From Balanoglossus misakiensis (taxonomy: Eukaryota > Animalia > Hemichordata), in contig CM082580.2 in NCBI GenBank assembly GCA_040954595.2, forward strand, positions 12,228,909-12,292,908: a stretch of DNA of 64,000 bases, given 5' to 3'. This document shows, in pieces, positions 25,949 through 39,399 of the stretch. How positions within the stretch are numbered: position 1 is the stretch's first letter; every line of letters starts with the position of its first letter. Both the position numbers and the translations under genes were made by a program. The notes under the pieces were generated by a model. That model saw nothing but the letters and a program-made list of their open reading frames with translations, ran no database searches and was not told the DNA's origin.

Positions 25949-27200
25949 TTAGGGGTCCAAGCGCCTGCAGCGCGCGGACCCCTATTGGTTTTGTTGGGGT
26001 TTTTCTTTCTTTATTCTCCTGTCAATCTTCGGGCAACTAGATCTCTGAAACTACTGCAGGTACACTTCTCAAACTTGCAACAGTGGTCAAGGTCAATGGG
26101 TAGATGTGCAGTGGCTTGTGAATATTTAATAAGTCATGTGACCTGGCGGCCTTATAGGATTTCGTGAAAAAATGCAAATCTCAGATCTCAGAAACTACAA
26201 GTCCGATCGCCTTTAAATTTGGCGTGCAGGTAGACTACCTTCTGTCCATCATTTTTGTAATTGGGGAATTATGCTGTCAAAGTTGCAGTTTTTTTGCTAC
26301 AATTGTTTTTCTGAAAAGCTACTTAAAATTTTAAAAATCTTCTCCAGAACCAGCGATTGCCGAGTCACGGGATTCGGGGTATGTGGTCACCTAACTTATG
26401 TCTATCTAGTTTGCAAAGCGCACTGTGATTGGTCGATCGTTATGGCGGCCATATTGGATTTTCGGAAAACCATTGAAAAATGAAAATTCTGTTTTGTAGC
26501 CAAAATATTGACAGCACGGAAATTCTTTTTGTGGATATGAGTCATCATATGACCGGAACTTGTCACAATTATATTTTTTTTTTGGGGGGGGGGCAATTTC
26601 CACATGTCCTTTGACCCAGTTTTAAAACAACTAATTATATATGCATATGCATTGTACCTCCACTTGCAACAGCACCACAGTCATGAAATTTGTGGACATG
26701 GGTACCACTGCTACCAGGACATGACAAATATTTTGGGAATTTTAGCAATGACCTTTGACCTATTTCTGAAACATCATTTTTCTGCATATCTTATTCCAGG
26801 CTAACCAATAGGGCTAGAGGTTTTGTGTTTGTTGGACATGGGGTCAAAATTTTATGCCCTAATTTTGGGTGACCTTGGGTGACCTTTGATCTAATTTCCC
26901 ATCAGCATCCGCAGCAGTTAGAGCCCTGGCTTTTGGGGGGATTGAGCACATGATGGAGTCTTACACAAGACCTCATTAATTATGTGCATACCTAATTCTA
27001 GGCCAACCAATACGGCTACCGGTCTGGTTTTTGTTGGACCCAGACTAGTATGAGGTCCAATATTTTTGCCCAAATATGGGTTGACCTCAGGTGACCTTTG
27101 ACTTACTTTCCCATATCTTGGTATCCACAACAGATACAGCCTTGGCATTTGCTGGTTACCATGGGAACCGCTGGTGCCCTGCCACACTGCTTGCAGCTTT
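25949..27200 (+). mobile_element. Helentron-associated/DINE-1-like non-autonomous element (HINE) nested in the foldback spacer
   Basis: A 5' T-run is followed by the hairpin AGGGGTCCAAGCGC-CTGCA-GCGCGCGGACCCCT and a T/C-rich tract. The 3' end is GCTGGTGCCCT...CTGCTTGCAG stem-loop plus TTT. The body is an inverted near-copy of 12111-13300 (for example, shared pseudo-ORF SGHMMTHIxKKNxRAVNILATKQNFHFSMVFRKSNMAA). No TSD. Confidence 0.75.
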
Positions 27201-27611
27201 AATTTAATCTGTACTGTAATGTATGCCATTTTTCTCACCCAAAAATTGTTTATTCAAGCCGAAAATTACAAAATAATATCTTTTATCATCGAAGTATGTT
27301 TTTCGATACTAAAATATGTATTAAACAATTTCTGATGTGAAAAAACAGTGATTTGGTGCCAAAAATATCATACATTACATTTTCATACTCGTACTGCAGA
27401 TGCCAAACCGCGATGGTCGCCCGAAAATGCTTAACTACTTTCAGTCTCTCGAAACCGAAACCGAATCCGGGTCTTACTTCAGTATCGTCATAAGTATGTT
27501 ACGCCCTCTTTGACGGAATTGCGGTTAGGAATAGCATATTATAATGACATGTCTGCATAGTATAAAGCCAAACGCGCACCGTATGTTGAACGGGCATAGT
27601 ATCATGGTAAA

Positions 27612-28252
27612 TGAGCGACGTATAATGATGTATGCACATTGTATAAAGATGTATGAGCGTCGTATAATGATGTATGGGGAGCGTATAATGATGTATTCAC
27701 AGCGTATAATGATGTATGCACATTGTATAAAGATGTATGAGCGTCGTATAATGATGTATGCACATTGTATAAAGATGTATGAGCGTCGTATAATGATGTA
27801 TGGGGAGCGTATAATGATGTATTCACAGCGTATAATGATGTATGCACATTGTATAAAGATGTATGAGCGTCGTATAATGATGTTTGGGCAATGTATAATG
27901 ATGTATTCACAGTGTATAACGATGCACAAGCAGCGTATAATGATGCACAAGCAGCGTATAATGATGTATAAGCGTCGTATAATCCTGTATGGGCAGCGTA
28001 TTATGATGTATGCACAGCGCATAATGATCACACACTGTATAGTGATGTATGAGCGTGGTATAATGAAGTATGACCAGCGTATAATGTTGTATGCACATCG
28101 TATAATGCTGTATGCACATCGTATAATGATGTATGCACATTGTATAATGATGTACGAGTGTTGTATAATGATGTACGAGCAGCGTATAATATTGTATGAG
28201 CGTCCTATAATGATGTATGGGCAGCGTATAATGATGTATGCACATCATATAA
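27612..28252. repeat. 21-bp minisatellite in the right arm of the foldback element (about 30 units, inverted relative to the left array)
   Basis: Unit resembles GTATAATGATGTATGAGCGTC and produces the pseudo-ORF heptad RIMMYxx. Confidence 0.9.
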
Positions 28253-31200
28253 TGGTAACAATGGACTTAAGACAGCTGTGGCTTTCCATACATGGAAGCT
28301 CAAGCCGGCTGGTACGTGAAAGTTGCCTGCCACACCCCCGGAACCGGAAATGCAGTCATTGGTCAGCCGTAAGACATTTGATTAACATACATTGTGATCT
28401 CAGCTCTGTCGTGAAGATTTCCACCTCGTTTTCTGTATTCTGGATGATCGCCGGAGCTAACGAGCATACTGATTAGTTGAAGGAGTAAGACACTGACCAG
28501 CCTGTGGGAAGCAGCAAATCTGTCAAGCGAGAACATGTGAGTATTTCTCGGAATCTTGTCCTGATGTGCCGCCCAGTGCTCGATCGTCTCGGTGCTGTCT
28601 CGATCGCGATCATGACACTGTCTGAGAACGACTGAAACAGCCTGACCTATATTCGAATAGCGATGATCAACATCGCACCATGGATCGCACTGAACGATCG
28701 ACGGTGTCAACTTCAAGTTTGTCCCTTTTTGCGTTGTTCTGAACTCAAGATCGTTGCATTTTGTTGTCATTTTCATTGACCAAAGTGAATCGATTGTAAA
28801 AGGAATACTGTAAATATGTAATCGCGCTGTTATTCTTTCGCTCCAGCCTCAGATCGTCCCGTTGTTTATAGTCTGGACTTCGGGTGCGTCTGAAGTCAAC
28901 TTTGACCCACAACTTTTTGTTCAAGTATTTACATGTAAATACAGATGCAACAAATGATTTACATGTAACGGTAAAGCCCAAAGGTGTTGATGACTTCACA
29001 GTTATTATTATGCAAATGAAGTGACCACCACTATGTTGGTTTCGGTGAAATTGACACCGCCCTTCGGCCGTCTAACATTCTAAGAGGAAAAGAGCTTGCG
29101 ATTTACCGATATCATTAGAATTTGAAAGTTTCTTTTTTTTTAACAGATAAATCTTTATACTTGCCACTTAGGATCATATTTTCTGACAAGTTTTCCAGTT
29201 TATGCAAACATTTTAGTATACTGTTTTCCAATACTAGATGTTATCAAAAGTTAAACAATCTTGAGAAAGCTTAGACCTTGGATCTGGTATCCCCTTCTTG
29301 TTGGGCAAACTTTGATTATATAAGAAAGAACATGGCTGTGTTCCTGGTTACAAGATATCTACCTTCCTGAGCTGGCTGTTTCGGATGTGAACGTAAAATT
29401 ACTTTTTCCCCAGAGGAACTAGTGACCCGACCCCCCCCCCCCCCCAGCGGCTGAAAACTGGAAAATTGTTTGTTTCCTGAGTTCAGACATGCTATGGGGA
29501 AATGGATAGAAAATGTGGCCATTTTGCTGTCCCTCCCTTCCAGGACTCTGCGCCTTGTCCTGTGTCATGTTACGGTCAGATGACCTCCGTGTCCATATAC
29601 AGATGTTTATGAAAGTGCACGTCCTTGAAAGAACGCCAATAAACGGTTTTAAGACCTGGTTGACGATAGCTTGGATTGGAAAACAGTCAAACTGCATTTT
29701 TTTGACTTGTCTGAGACTAATATGTCCGATCTTTGTGATATAATCAGACAGAATTGTTTCACTGTTCACTGGCCAAAATGTGATCAATGTTATTCATTTA
29801 GAATAAAGAATGTGTGCAAAAGACTGAATTGGTAATGAGAAAAAAATTGTTATTGCTAAAAATGTACATGTGCATGCATTTAGTTTAATAATTAGGCCAC
29901 CAGCATAGGGTAATTAATTATACGAATATATGATTGCAACTTTAAATGCAGAATATTATTCATCATCAGGGCTATGGAGTACCGTAGCCGGCCAGTGTTT
30001 GACTGATATCAGGTTTTCAGCATTGTATCGGAATGGGGTCAGTTAAAGTAACATATGGAGTGAGTGATGGAATTTGTGACAATTTCTGATGTTGACTTTG
30101 AACTTTGATATGAGTGTCAATATTCATATGTAAATCTGTCAATATTGCCGCAGGAAATTTTGCTTTTGATACATGAACAATTACGATGATTAAGGCTGCA
30201 GTTAAACGTGTATATGTTAGGCAGTTCAGGACACAGGAAGAGCAATCTGTTTTCAATTTTGAGTGATGACTGGCGAAGCGTTTTTATAGTAGCATTGGGA
30301 CTTGAAAATGATGGACGTCATCTCGGGCCATCAATCATCATATCTGAACCTATGAAGTCATCTTTTTCTGAAAGTCAACGGGCGCATTGTTGAAAATCGG
30401 CAGAGAAATAAATTACTCAACAGGGTATTAAATGTGCATCACTCGTTTAGGTTGAGTGATGCGGGCTCCACAGCACGCTTGGGGAAAAAAGACAAGGGTG
30501 TGTAGATTTATGCAAAAAATGACACTCCATTGTCCCATGGTGGCTGACCCGTTTCCTCTGTATTTACTGTTGACCCCTGACCTCACTTGACAGCCACTCG
30601 TAAATATTATGTTGTTTCTCCACAGAGGATTTCAGAAATTTGATACCTCATTAACAAAACGCAAGACTTGAATGAAGTTCTTGTCTCCCTGTTGCCGTGG
30701 TTGCATGGACTTTAACTGGGAATTGCGTCTGTAGAATACCATTTACATAAGCCTTGCAAAATTTTAGAGTTTTGCTCTGCACGGCAATACTGCCAGACAA
30801 TTCTCTCACTGTAAAATACCCCTTGAACTGAGAGGCCCTTGTAATTCTTGAAAGTATGATGGAAAATGACATGCATTTCTGGCATGTTATGTTCCTAGGG
30901 ATCACAGCTAGGGCTTGCTTTTTTTCTTCCATGTGTATACTAGATTCTGAGACGAAGCCTACAGGCCTTGCAGCGTACTTTGCATGAAGTACCGAAAGTG
31001 CCTATTTTACGAGCAGTCTAGTCTGCAATACCGTCATGCGCAAAGCAGGTAAAAGTATTACCACACAGTATGTATTCGCACAACGGAGCTTGGACAGGAC
31101 TCAGGTTGTGCATTAAATGCGTTCTAATGAATATTCATGAGGCACGCTGTGCATTTGTTAATGGTATTAGTTCTCGCTGACTAATGATGCATATATTCAT

Positions 31201-34200
31201 AATCCATAATTAGCAGTATTATGCCCCAGCCCTGTCAAAAATTGACTATTACTGCAAACATCACGGTGTGAAATCCAAATAATAATTCATCTTTTAAATT
31301 TTTATCTTATAAATATTTGACTTATTCTAGCATAGCAGACTATGGGAGTTTGACAGTGACAGTCACCGTTATATTGAAGGTCCATGACCTGTTCATTGAA
31401 CATCATATTCTAATGACTCTCCTGGTTGGTTTCTTCATTACTAATAAAACATTTTTATTGAAACCAAGGGAACTCATCAGAGACAGGACAGCTGCGGGTA
31501 GCTCATTAAATATTCCTTAGTTCAGTAAATGATTATTGGTTGAATTATAGATTGATTTTAATTTGGTCGGCTGTTCATCATCTAGCTCTTAATGCTACCA
31601 TTCTGTGTCAAGAGATGGGCTAAGCAATTACGCCTTAAGGTAATTTTATACAAACACGTGTCACTGGCACTGTGTTGTCTATTGTCACAAGCAGTCTCCC
31701 AACATAAGTTGACAAGGACGCTCCTTTTGCAAGGTACGTGTGTCTTTTCATTTTGTGGAGCACATTCCAGTTCCTCCCATTGAATTTTCGCTCATTACGA
31801 GTGTTTCAGTACATCAGGGGTTGCGTTTAGGGCAGCTCGGCAGAAGAACTGGTTATGCAGCATGAACACATGCACACGGGCACAGCACAAGGCATGCTGG
31901 GTTTGTGAATGTGCATCTTTGTATTAAAGATGTTGAGCTTGTATTGATGTCAAGGAGTAATGTGGGCCTTCGCACTGTAGCAAGACTTTTGAACAGCATT
32001 AAAGTTTAGAGTAGGAATTTGGAAAACAAGAATGTTGGCCCCTGATATTTAGTCTTCATTTTGAATAGCCTTGTATGAAAATAAAATTGTGGTTAGCCAG
32101 AGTATTATTTAACTTGTATCATGCTACGATTTAATGATTTTTTCCCCTCAAAAATATTTTTTAGATGAATTACTGATGTAAATTTATTCATGAGAATTTT
32201 TATTCTGTCATTTGCAAAGAAATGTTATTTATGGGAAATAGTGTCACAATACGGTGGCAAGGTCTGCTGGGAGGCTGCAAATAATTATGAGATCTATTTA
32301 TATGCCCAGATGGTAATTGTTAGTGGATGTAGGACAAGTAATATGTCGGGATGGGATTCCTATAAAGAACATGGCGGCAGGTGTTATCATACTGTTCCGG
32401 GCATACAGAGAAATTTTGGTTGGGTTTTAGAAGGTACGTAGGGTGTTTGTCAAACACTTTCACTGAAATTTATTTGGGAGATGTGCTTTAAAGCATCAAA
32501 TAATTCAGAATATGTTTCCATAATAGATGATGCAATTTCTGTGTGGGTATATCAATTTCAAATGTGCTATATACATGTATCTGTTTAGCTTGCATTGCAT
32601 GTTCTTTCATATATACCTCAGTTTAACTTCAAAACCAGAAAGTCCAATATGGCACTTTTATACTCACTTACATGCATGGCAGAAATAGCCAGAAACTCCT
32701 GTAAAATCATAACCTTTCACACACTCATAATATTATGAGTTATGATGTATTTTGACATTGTTAGTTACTCGATCAAATTGATGGGCTTTCTTGCCATGAA
32801 CCACTCCACTTCTCTGAATGAGTTAATGTACTCATACTTGATGTTGTGTGACTACACGTATATGCACATAAACCTGTGTAAATCATACCATGGTTACTAA
32901 AACCTAGCTACTGAAACTCGAACACAGTGCAGCTCTTCAACATTTGTTTAACTCTGCATCTATTCTAATTTCATACAAAGCTTGTCTTGTAATACTTGGC
33001 TAGCAACCCGTTGCCACGGTAATTAACCAAGTCTCGCTATATGAGCAGAAAAGTACACTTCACTCTAAGACTTATTTGCGTGCTATTTTTGCAGTTATTT
33101 TCAATGAAATTATCCTCATTTTCCAATCATAACATATCTGTTCGGAAACCTCCAGCTCTTCACAATCTGTTCACTTACGCAGAGAATAGAGGGCTTTAGA
33201 TAACAGGATGATCATGACATATGACATTCTGATCTGTAGATTAGTGGCTAGCATCTTCCCTTGTCATGTGTAAGCCAGGCCACTTAATCTCAGGGCGGCT
33301 GTCATTCCATTGTAGTTTACATTGTTGACAGATCAATTGTGTCAATATTGGTATAACTTATTAGAGCAGACAAAAAGTAGCCAGGATAATTTGATAGGAA
33401 ACATAATGGCATTATACTGAGGCTTAGTCTTTAAATGAAATAATATTTGGATAAAATGCCATATTATTCGATGCTCAGGCTTTAGAGGTATTGATCATAT
33501 TTATTAGGGAGAGCAATTATGTAAATTTGGGAGATTATTTGATTTGAATACTGTAAAAAAATCAATGGTGACCACCAGAGGTATGGTAATCACATTATTT
33601 TGTTGACTATGCTTTTGTCATTGACGTTAAATCTGTGGTATTAAATATTTTGGCTCCGATTTGTCTGGCGTTCACCTGCGATTTATTCGCGTTTCAATAT
33701 AGAGCGTGTATTTGGGTGATCACCGTTTACATGTGACAATGTGATATTTTGAAATCATTTAGGATATTTCTGCGATTTCAATAATGTAACAATTACTGAA
33801 ATGAGAGAGGGACCACTCACCAGGTGAGTATATTATAGCAATGAGCCGTGATCTCATGAGTCAAAGGTCATGCCATATTGGATTATTTGCCAAACCCACG
33901 GGGCTGTGGTTTCCTCGAATGTTGACTCATCGCTCTGCCAGTGTTTGTACACTGTCTCCACACGTTAGTGCAGAATCTCAGCTCAAGAGTGTGCCGCACG
34001 TCAGATCATAGTGTCTTCCGGTTTCCTGCCCTTTTATTCTTGGCAATTGTACCGTACAGTGACGACGAGCGTCGTACATGCGACATCTGTAATTGCCGGG
34101 TCATCTTCAGTCGTAAATATAAAAAGACCTGTACCGGTACGCATAGGTAACAGCTGGATTAGCGTGGATTACCGTTGTGGACACTGTGACACTACTGACT

Positions 34201-37200
34201 CCTGGCCTTTAACTACAGTTGCGGGTCTTTCTGTGTCAAAGGTACGTAAGCAGCAATTGACAGTACGTCTCTGACAGTGTCAGACACGTACACTAAAGCC
34301 CATTGTGAGTATCCCATAATTGTGTATGTGTATATAACCTTGCCTAAGGAGCCAACGTGCGTATTCTTGTGGCAAAGTCCATCCTGGCTTTACTGCACAG
34401 AGGTGAACTGTTCTCCTTATGAGATTCTTCACTTCAAATTTACAAGCTCTGCTGATTTTGGTACCATTCACAATATTTATGCTAATCGTTCTGTGTTTGA
34501 GTGGTAAGGTCTGACATCTGAGTGTGTTTTTAGATTGACTCCTCTTAGTATGTACGTGTACAGGTGGGTTTGTCCTTAGCCAAAGGTCATATCCTGTTGA
34601 CTTTGGTTGAAGGACTACTAGTTGGAATTCACACACTGCTAATAGCCTATAATTCCATTGAGACCGGTACAGGTGTGGTTTATGCTGCACTGGACCATTA
34701 ATTCTGTCTAAAGAATTTATGTATTTTTATTAAAATACTTGGCTATAAAGTTCTGTTCCCTTATGTAGTTTTATGTAAAGCAACAGAAAAGTTATACATG
34801 CCAGTAGTAAACTAACCTGATTATTAGTTAAAAGAGGATTTGCTATAAACAGGAGTACATGAACCATGTTCTGGCCATTTCAACTATTCCTCACCTTTAC
34901 CTGTATGTAAACAAACCTGTCTCAATAATTTATACCATTGAAATACTGCCGGTAATTATATTTGTGAGAAAAAATTAGATGCTATAAATCTGTCTAGCTG
35001 ACAGTTTCATGATGACGATGGTATCATTCTGTTGCTTGTTATAAGTTTCGAGTTGTTAATCACTGATGAATGCAATTATGTACTTCAGACTTTTTTGTAG
35101 ATTTGTTTGTTTTTCCGTGTAATGCGTTGGCTAGTAAAATATAACATTATTTCCTTCACAGACACGTAGGCATGCCATATCTGATATATTTCGCAGGTAG
35201 AGCTGTATTTTACCACAAGGTAGAAATAATACGAGAATGAAAATCAAAACGTTTCCACCGTCTGTGTGGAGGATCATTATCAATATATAAATTTATTTTG
35301 CTCTAAAGTTCTGTATGTGGAGAAAAATGTGGGCACATGGTTTTATGATATGTTCTTTCCTTAAATGTCAAATCTCCGGTAATTATGATTTTGAAAGCTA
35401 CATGATTGTTTCGGAGTCTGTGCCTTCTGACAGCAGTGTTGTTATTGCAACTGGCATTCCATCATAACCCTTGACCTTCAAATCGCGGGTGATGTCTGTA
35501 AACGGTCCATTCCACGCATGCTTTCACTATCTCTCACTGGTGGTACACGCTCCAAGGGTTGTTCCCGGTCAACTGTAACTGTTTCAGAGAAGGTATTTTT
35601 ACAACATCCTGTCTCAAACATCAAATATGTACCTTGCTTTTATTGTCTGGTTTATACAGTCCTGAATGACAAGTTATTTTTTGTGTGCTCCTAAGATTTT
35701 CATCGTTTTAGTCAGAACTATGCTGTGGAGTATAAAAGAAGTGCATTCTTTGAATCATGGACCATCCGGAAAAGAAAAAAAATTATCTATATTGAAGCAA
35801 GATGGTTGTTAAATCTTGTGAGTTGTGTCACTAGAATTGCAAACTGTCTGTTGGATATATTATTCATCATTGCATTTGGGAACATGGCGAGTGAAATGCG
35901 GTGTTTTATGCTCACCGGGAGACTAGCTATTTGAACATTGATGTCGATTGGAAAAGCAGCATTCTCCTGACCTTATCGAGAATCGCTGCCTTAGATCCAA
36001 ATGGCCTCTCTGAAAAGGTGGTGTATTCATTGATCTTCTCGATATCAATCTTTAATGGCCCAGATTACCCACTTGCATTTGAAAGCATTTTAACCTCAAA
36101 GTTATAATTAAATATGTAATTTGAATAAACCAGATGACGTTATAACTTATTTAAATGTCTTCGCGGGCATTAAATATAAATGTCATCTCAGATTATTTAA
36201 ATGGTAGTGGAATCAGTTGTTGGTGTAGCTTCAATGCTCTTGGCTTTTAGTTTGCTCCAGATCGGTACGGTGATGAGTCATCGGTTGCCAAGGCAACTGC
36301 TCCTCTGGTAACCATAGATGGGGGTGGTAAGTGACTGGGAGAGAAAATGACTGCCCGTGCAGAAAAGAATTTGCAAACAATCCTGAATTAGACTCATTGT
36401 GCAGTAGAGCATTTGGCAATATTATGTAGAATTTGACGATGTGTGAAATATTTTGGAGAAATTGGGTAATCAGTACGAAAATTTTTGGAGGGTTATTAAA
36501 TGATTTTGTGGTTGGTTGAATGTAGTTTGAATGTAGTTATCTCAGAAATTGATGACTGCTCTGCAGCAAAGAAAGAGAAAAAAGAGGTTGTTGACTTTCA
36601 ATAGTCATGTCTGGAGATCTTGTAAAGTTCCCAGGCCGTCAGGAGCTCACGTGAGGTCAGAGGTCGCTCCAGTGGCCATTGATCGAAACCATGCTGCCAC
36701 TGTAAACAAGGCTTGTTCATGATGTTATGCATTGTACAGTGCACTTTTAAAGTACCTAATGATTTTATGGTAAATGTGGTACAATTTGTAGGCGGCTCGA
36801 CGGCCGTGTGCGTGGGCATGTGTTTGCTTGACCTCCCACCACCACCACCACAACGCTTTTGAGATCGACTCACATCTACAATTAACATACCGTTACCATA
36901 CAAGTAGAATACAAATGTACCTGTAAATAAACTACTCTTGCTGCAGTCTATGTATTTTAATCTATATAAAAACCAATAATATAAGTTAATATAACTGTTG
37001 ATATACATGTAGCTGCCTCTGCCAATTTTGGCAGTTTGTTTTGCTAATCTATACATGTAAAGGTGTGAAAATTCACAGCGACTTGCTTCACTACGGCCAT
37101 TATACCATACTCTCTGTGGGAAAGTCCTCTACAAACTTGTTTTGATAAACTGGCCAGGTCACCAACATTACAGACACATGGCTCAGGCATGAGGGATTGT

Positions 37201-39399
37201 CAACAGTCTATCGTATAGTTTACATGTCAAAGAAACTCTCAACGTATTACAATTGAAAGTATTTGTGGATGTTTAATGGAAACAGTACCAAATATAAATT
37301 TAGGATTAGGGGTCAAGTTAAGTATCTTTTCTGTTACACACTTTTTTCCTGCTCTAAATGCTGCTATTTGGAGTTAATCCCCTGAAATCTTATCTTTTGA
37401 GAGATAAACGTTCTGGAGGTTGGCGTTCTCACTAGGGGATCTGTATTTTGATAGTATTTATGTGCTTAGGGGGCCTTTACGTCCAGTGCGCTCTGAAAGT
37501 TCGCAGTCGGAGTATTATCGTCGGTTGGAGCATCCCACGGACTGTAAACTTCTGTAGCTTTTTATCATGTCATCATGTCATAGTTCACTGAAGGAATAAC
37601 ACCAGGTCTCATTGTTATCACAGTGCCAGCAACTGATTGTGGGAAACTCAGGTGAGAATGGACTATTGTAAAACGAAAAGCAGGTTCGCATGTTAACTCA
37701 CATAAGTCTGTAAGGAGTGGAGCTATCTTTGAGAGATTCCTCAAGGCTGTTTAGAATTTGATAAGACGGCATGCAGCCCAAGCCATTTTTGGTGTCTGTA
37801 AATGAACAGATATAAAAAAGACAGGAGGTCATTTGCGACTTTGAACTTGGGTCCGTGGTGGTCCATTGTATTTAATGTGCCAATGGCCTTGGGGGAACAG
37901 GCAACTTCGATAGTGGAGAAGCTGCCTCATCTCCATTAGCTTTTAAAACAGCCATGTGTAATGAGTTGCAGCTGAAGTGTATGAAAGGAGTGGAGCTGCT
38001 AGCGTTACCTGCCACAATTCATGCTTTGTATTTGCGTGTTGTCAAACAAAATGCGCGGTTCACATGAGCAGAACACAGGCAGCTCAAATTGCGTGTGCAT
38101 TCGTTGAATGGAAACACTGAGTTCTGTGTTTAAGCAACGGCGGACCAGCCAGTAGAGAAGTCTGCTAGAAGTGAGTGTCTTTCCCCCTTGGCAGTCACAC
38201 TGGTTGTTTTCCGCAGAAATCAATAAGTCAGTATATGTCAACGTGAAGACATTTTACGCTTGTGTGTGCACGGCAATTTGTTCACGGTTTTACGCTCAAG
38301 TGGAAAGGACTTCTTCACAGCTCGATCCCCTCACACACTGATGAATTCCAGAAGTTGGTTCTAACTTCTACAAATGCTCACAAAAGTGATAGTCTAAACA
38401 CATACAATGTAAATGGGTAGTGACATTGACAATGAATGTGAGATAAACAGTGTAATTGTAATTTACTTTTCGGTTGAACCTGTGAATTAACACCCTTCTG
38501 TTTAAAACACCATTGGCTTGGATTGACAAAGGTGTGTTTGTCATTCAGAACAGGATTTTGTTTTGACTTGACCCAGTGTGATAATGCCCTCTCCACGTAG
38601 ACCATCGGAATTTGACTGTGAAAGTAAAAGTCTCAAGTGACCATCTTGACTGAGTATAATTTTCAGTCCGACCGTAGAAAAGAAACGTTCCATGTGCGAA
38701 ATTTTCTCATGCGGAATTCTGGTGTGCATTTTATGTCTGCCGTGTTTCCCCAGTAAACAAAAACACCTGAAGACCAAGGTATACCGACACACAAAAAGGT
38801 GAACATACTTGACTGGAAATTCTTCAGTTCAAATGACAAAACAGTCGGGAGTGATATCGTGTTAGGCAATGATAACAAGGGCAAATTCCAGTGTGTGTGT
38901 GTGACCTGACTGTGGTCGGTGTTCAGGAAAACACAGTAGACGTGTAGACGCCGAAACAGTAATTCTTGTTCATTCCAACCAAGAAATAAGTCTATATTGA
39001 ATGTAAAGTAAATATGTTGGGCAATATGCTGCACCACAGCATCGCTAACCACTTTTAAAATTAACTGAAATTTGTATTTCAGAAATGGATGCATACAATG
39101 TTTTAGAAAAGGAAATGAAATTCCATTGTAGAAAGTAATTTGACAAGGAAGGAAGGAAGGAGCTTGTGTACATGTATGTGAAACTCTAAAAATCAATTTA
39201 CTGAGATGACAAGCAGCGTAGTAAAAGTTGATTCACACATTATTATACTTGCTTGATGTGCCCACATGCTACATACATGTAATGAAATGAAGAACTACAT
39301 GTACTTCAAGAATCTGCAGTCCATAGCACTGTAATGGGTTTCCATGCATGACAGATACATGAGTTGACCATATTGTTGTTTTGTGTTGTGCTTTTGCAG

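Larger units (their letters stand above)
25369..28290. mobile_element. Non-autonomous foldback-type DNA transposon with IS3EU-like termini (TATGG...CCATA) and a 6-bp TSD CATGGA
   Basis: Left arm 25369-25906 and right arm 27442-28290 are reverse complements (TATGGAAAGCCACAGCTGTCTTAAGTCCATTGTTACCATTATA... / ...TATAATGGTAACAATGGACTTAAGACAGCTGTGGCTTTCCATA). CATGGA is directly repeated at 25363-25368 and 28291-28296. No transposase ORF is present. Confidence 0.85.

Noticed and set aside
25244-28476. ORFs with RIMMY / HTSLY / YIIIR heptad repeats
   Set aside because: These are translations of the 21-bp minisatellites in the transposon arms and are open in several frames on both strands.
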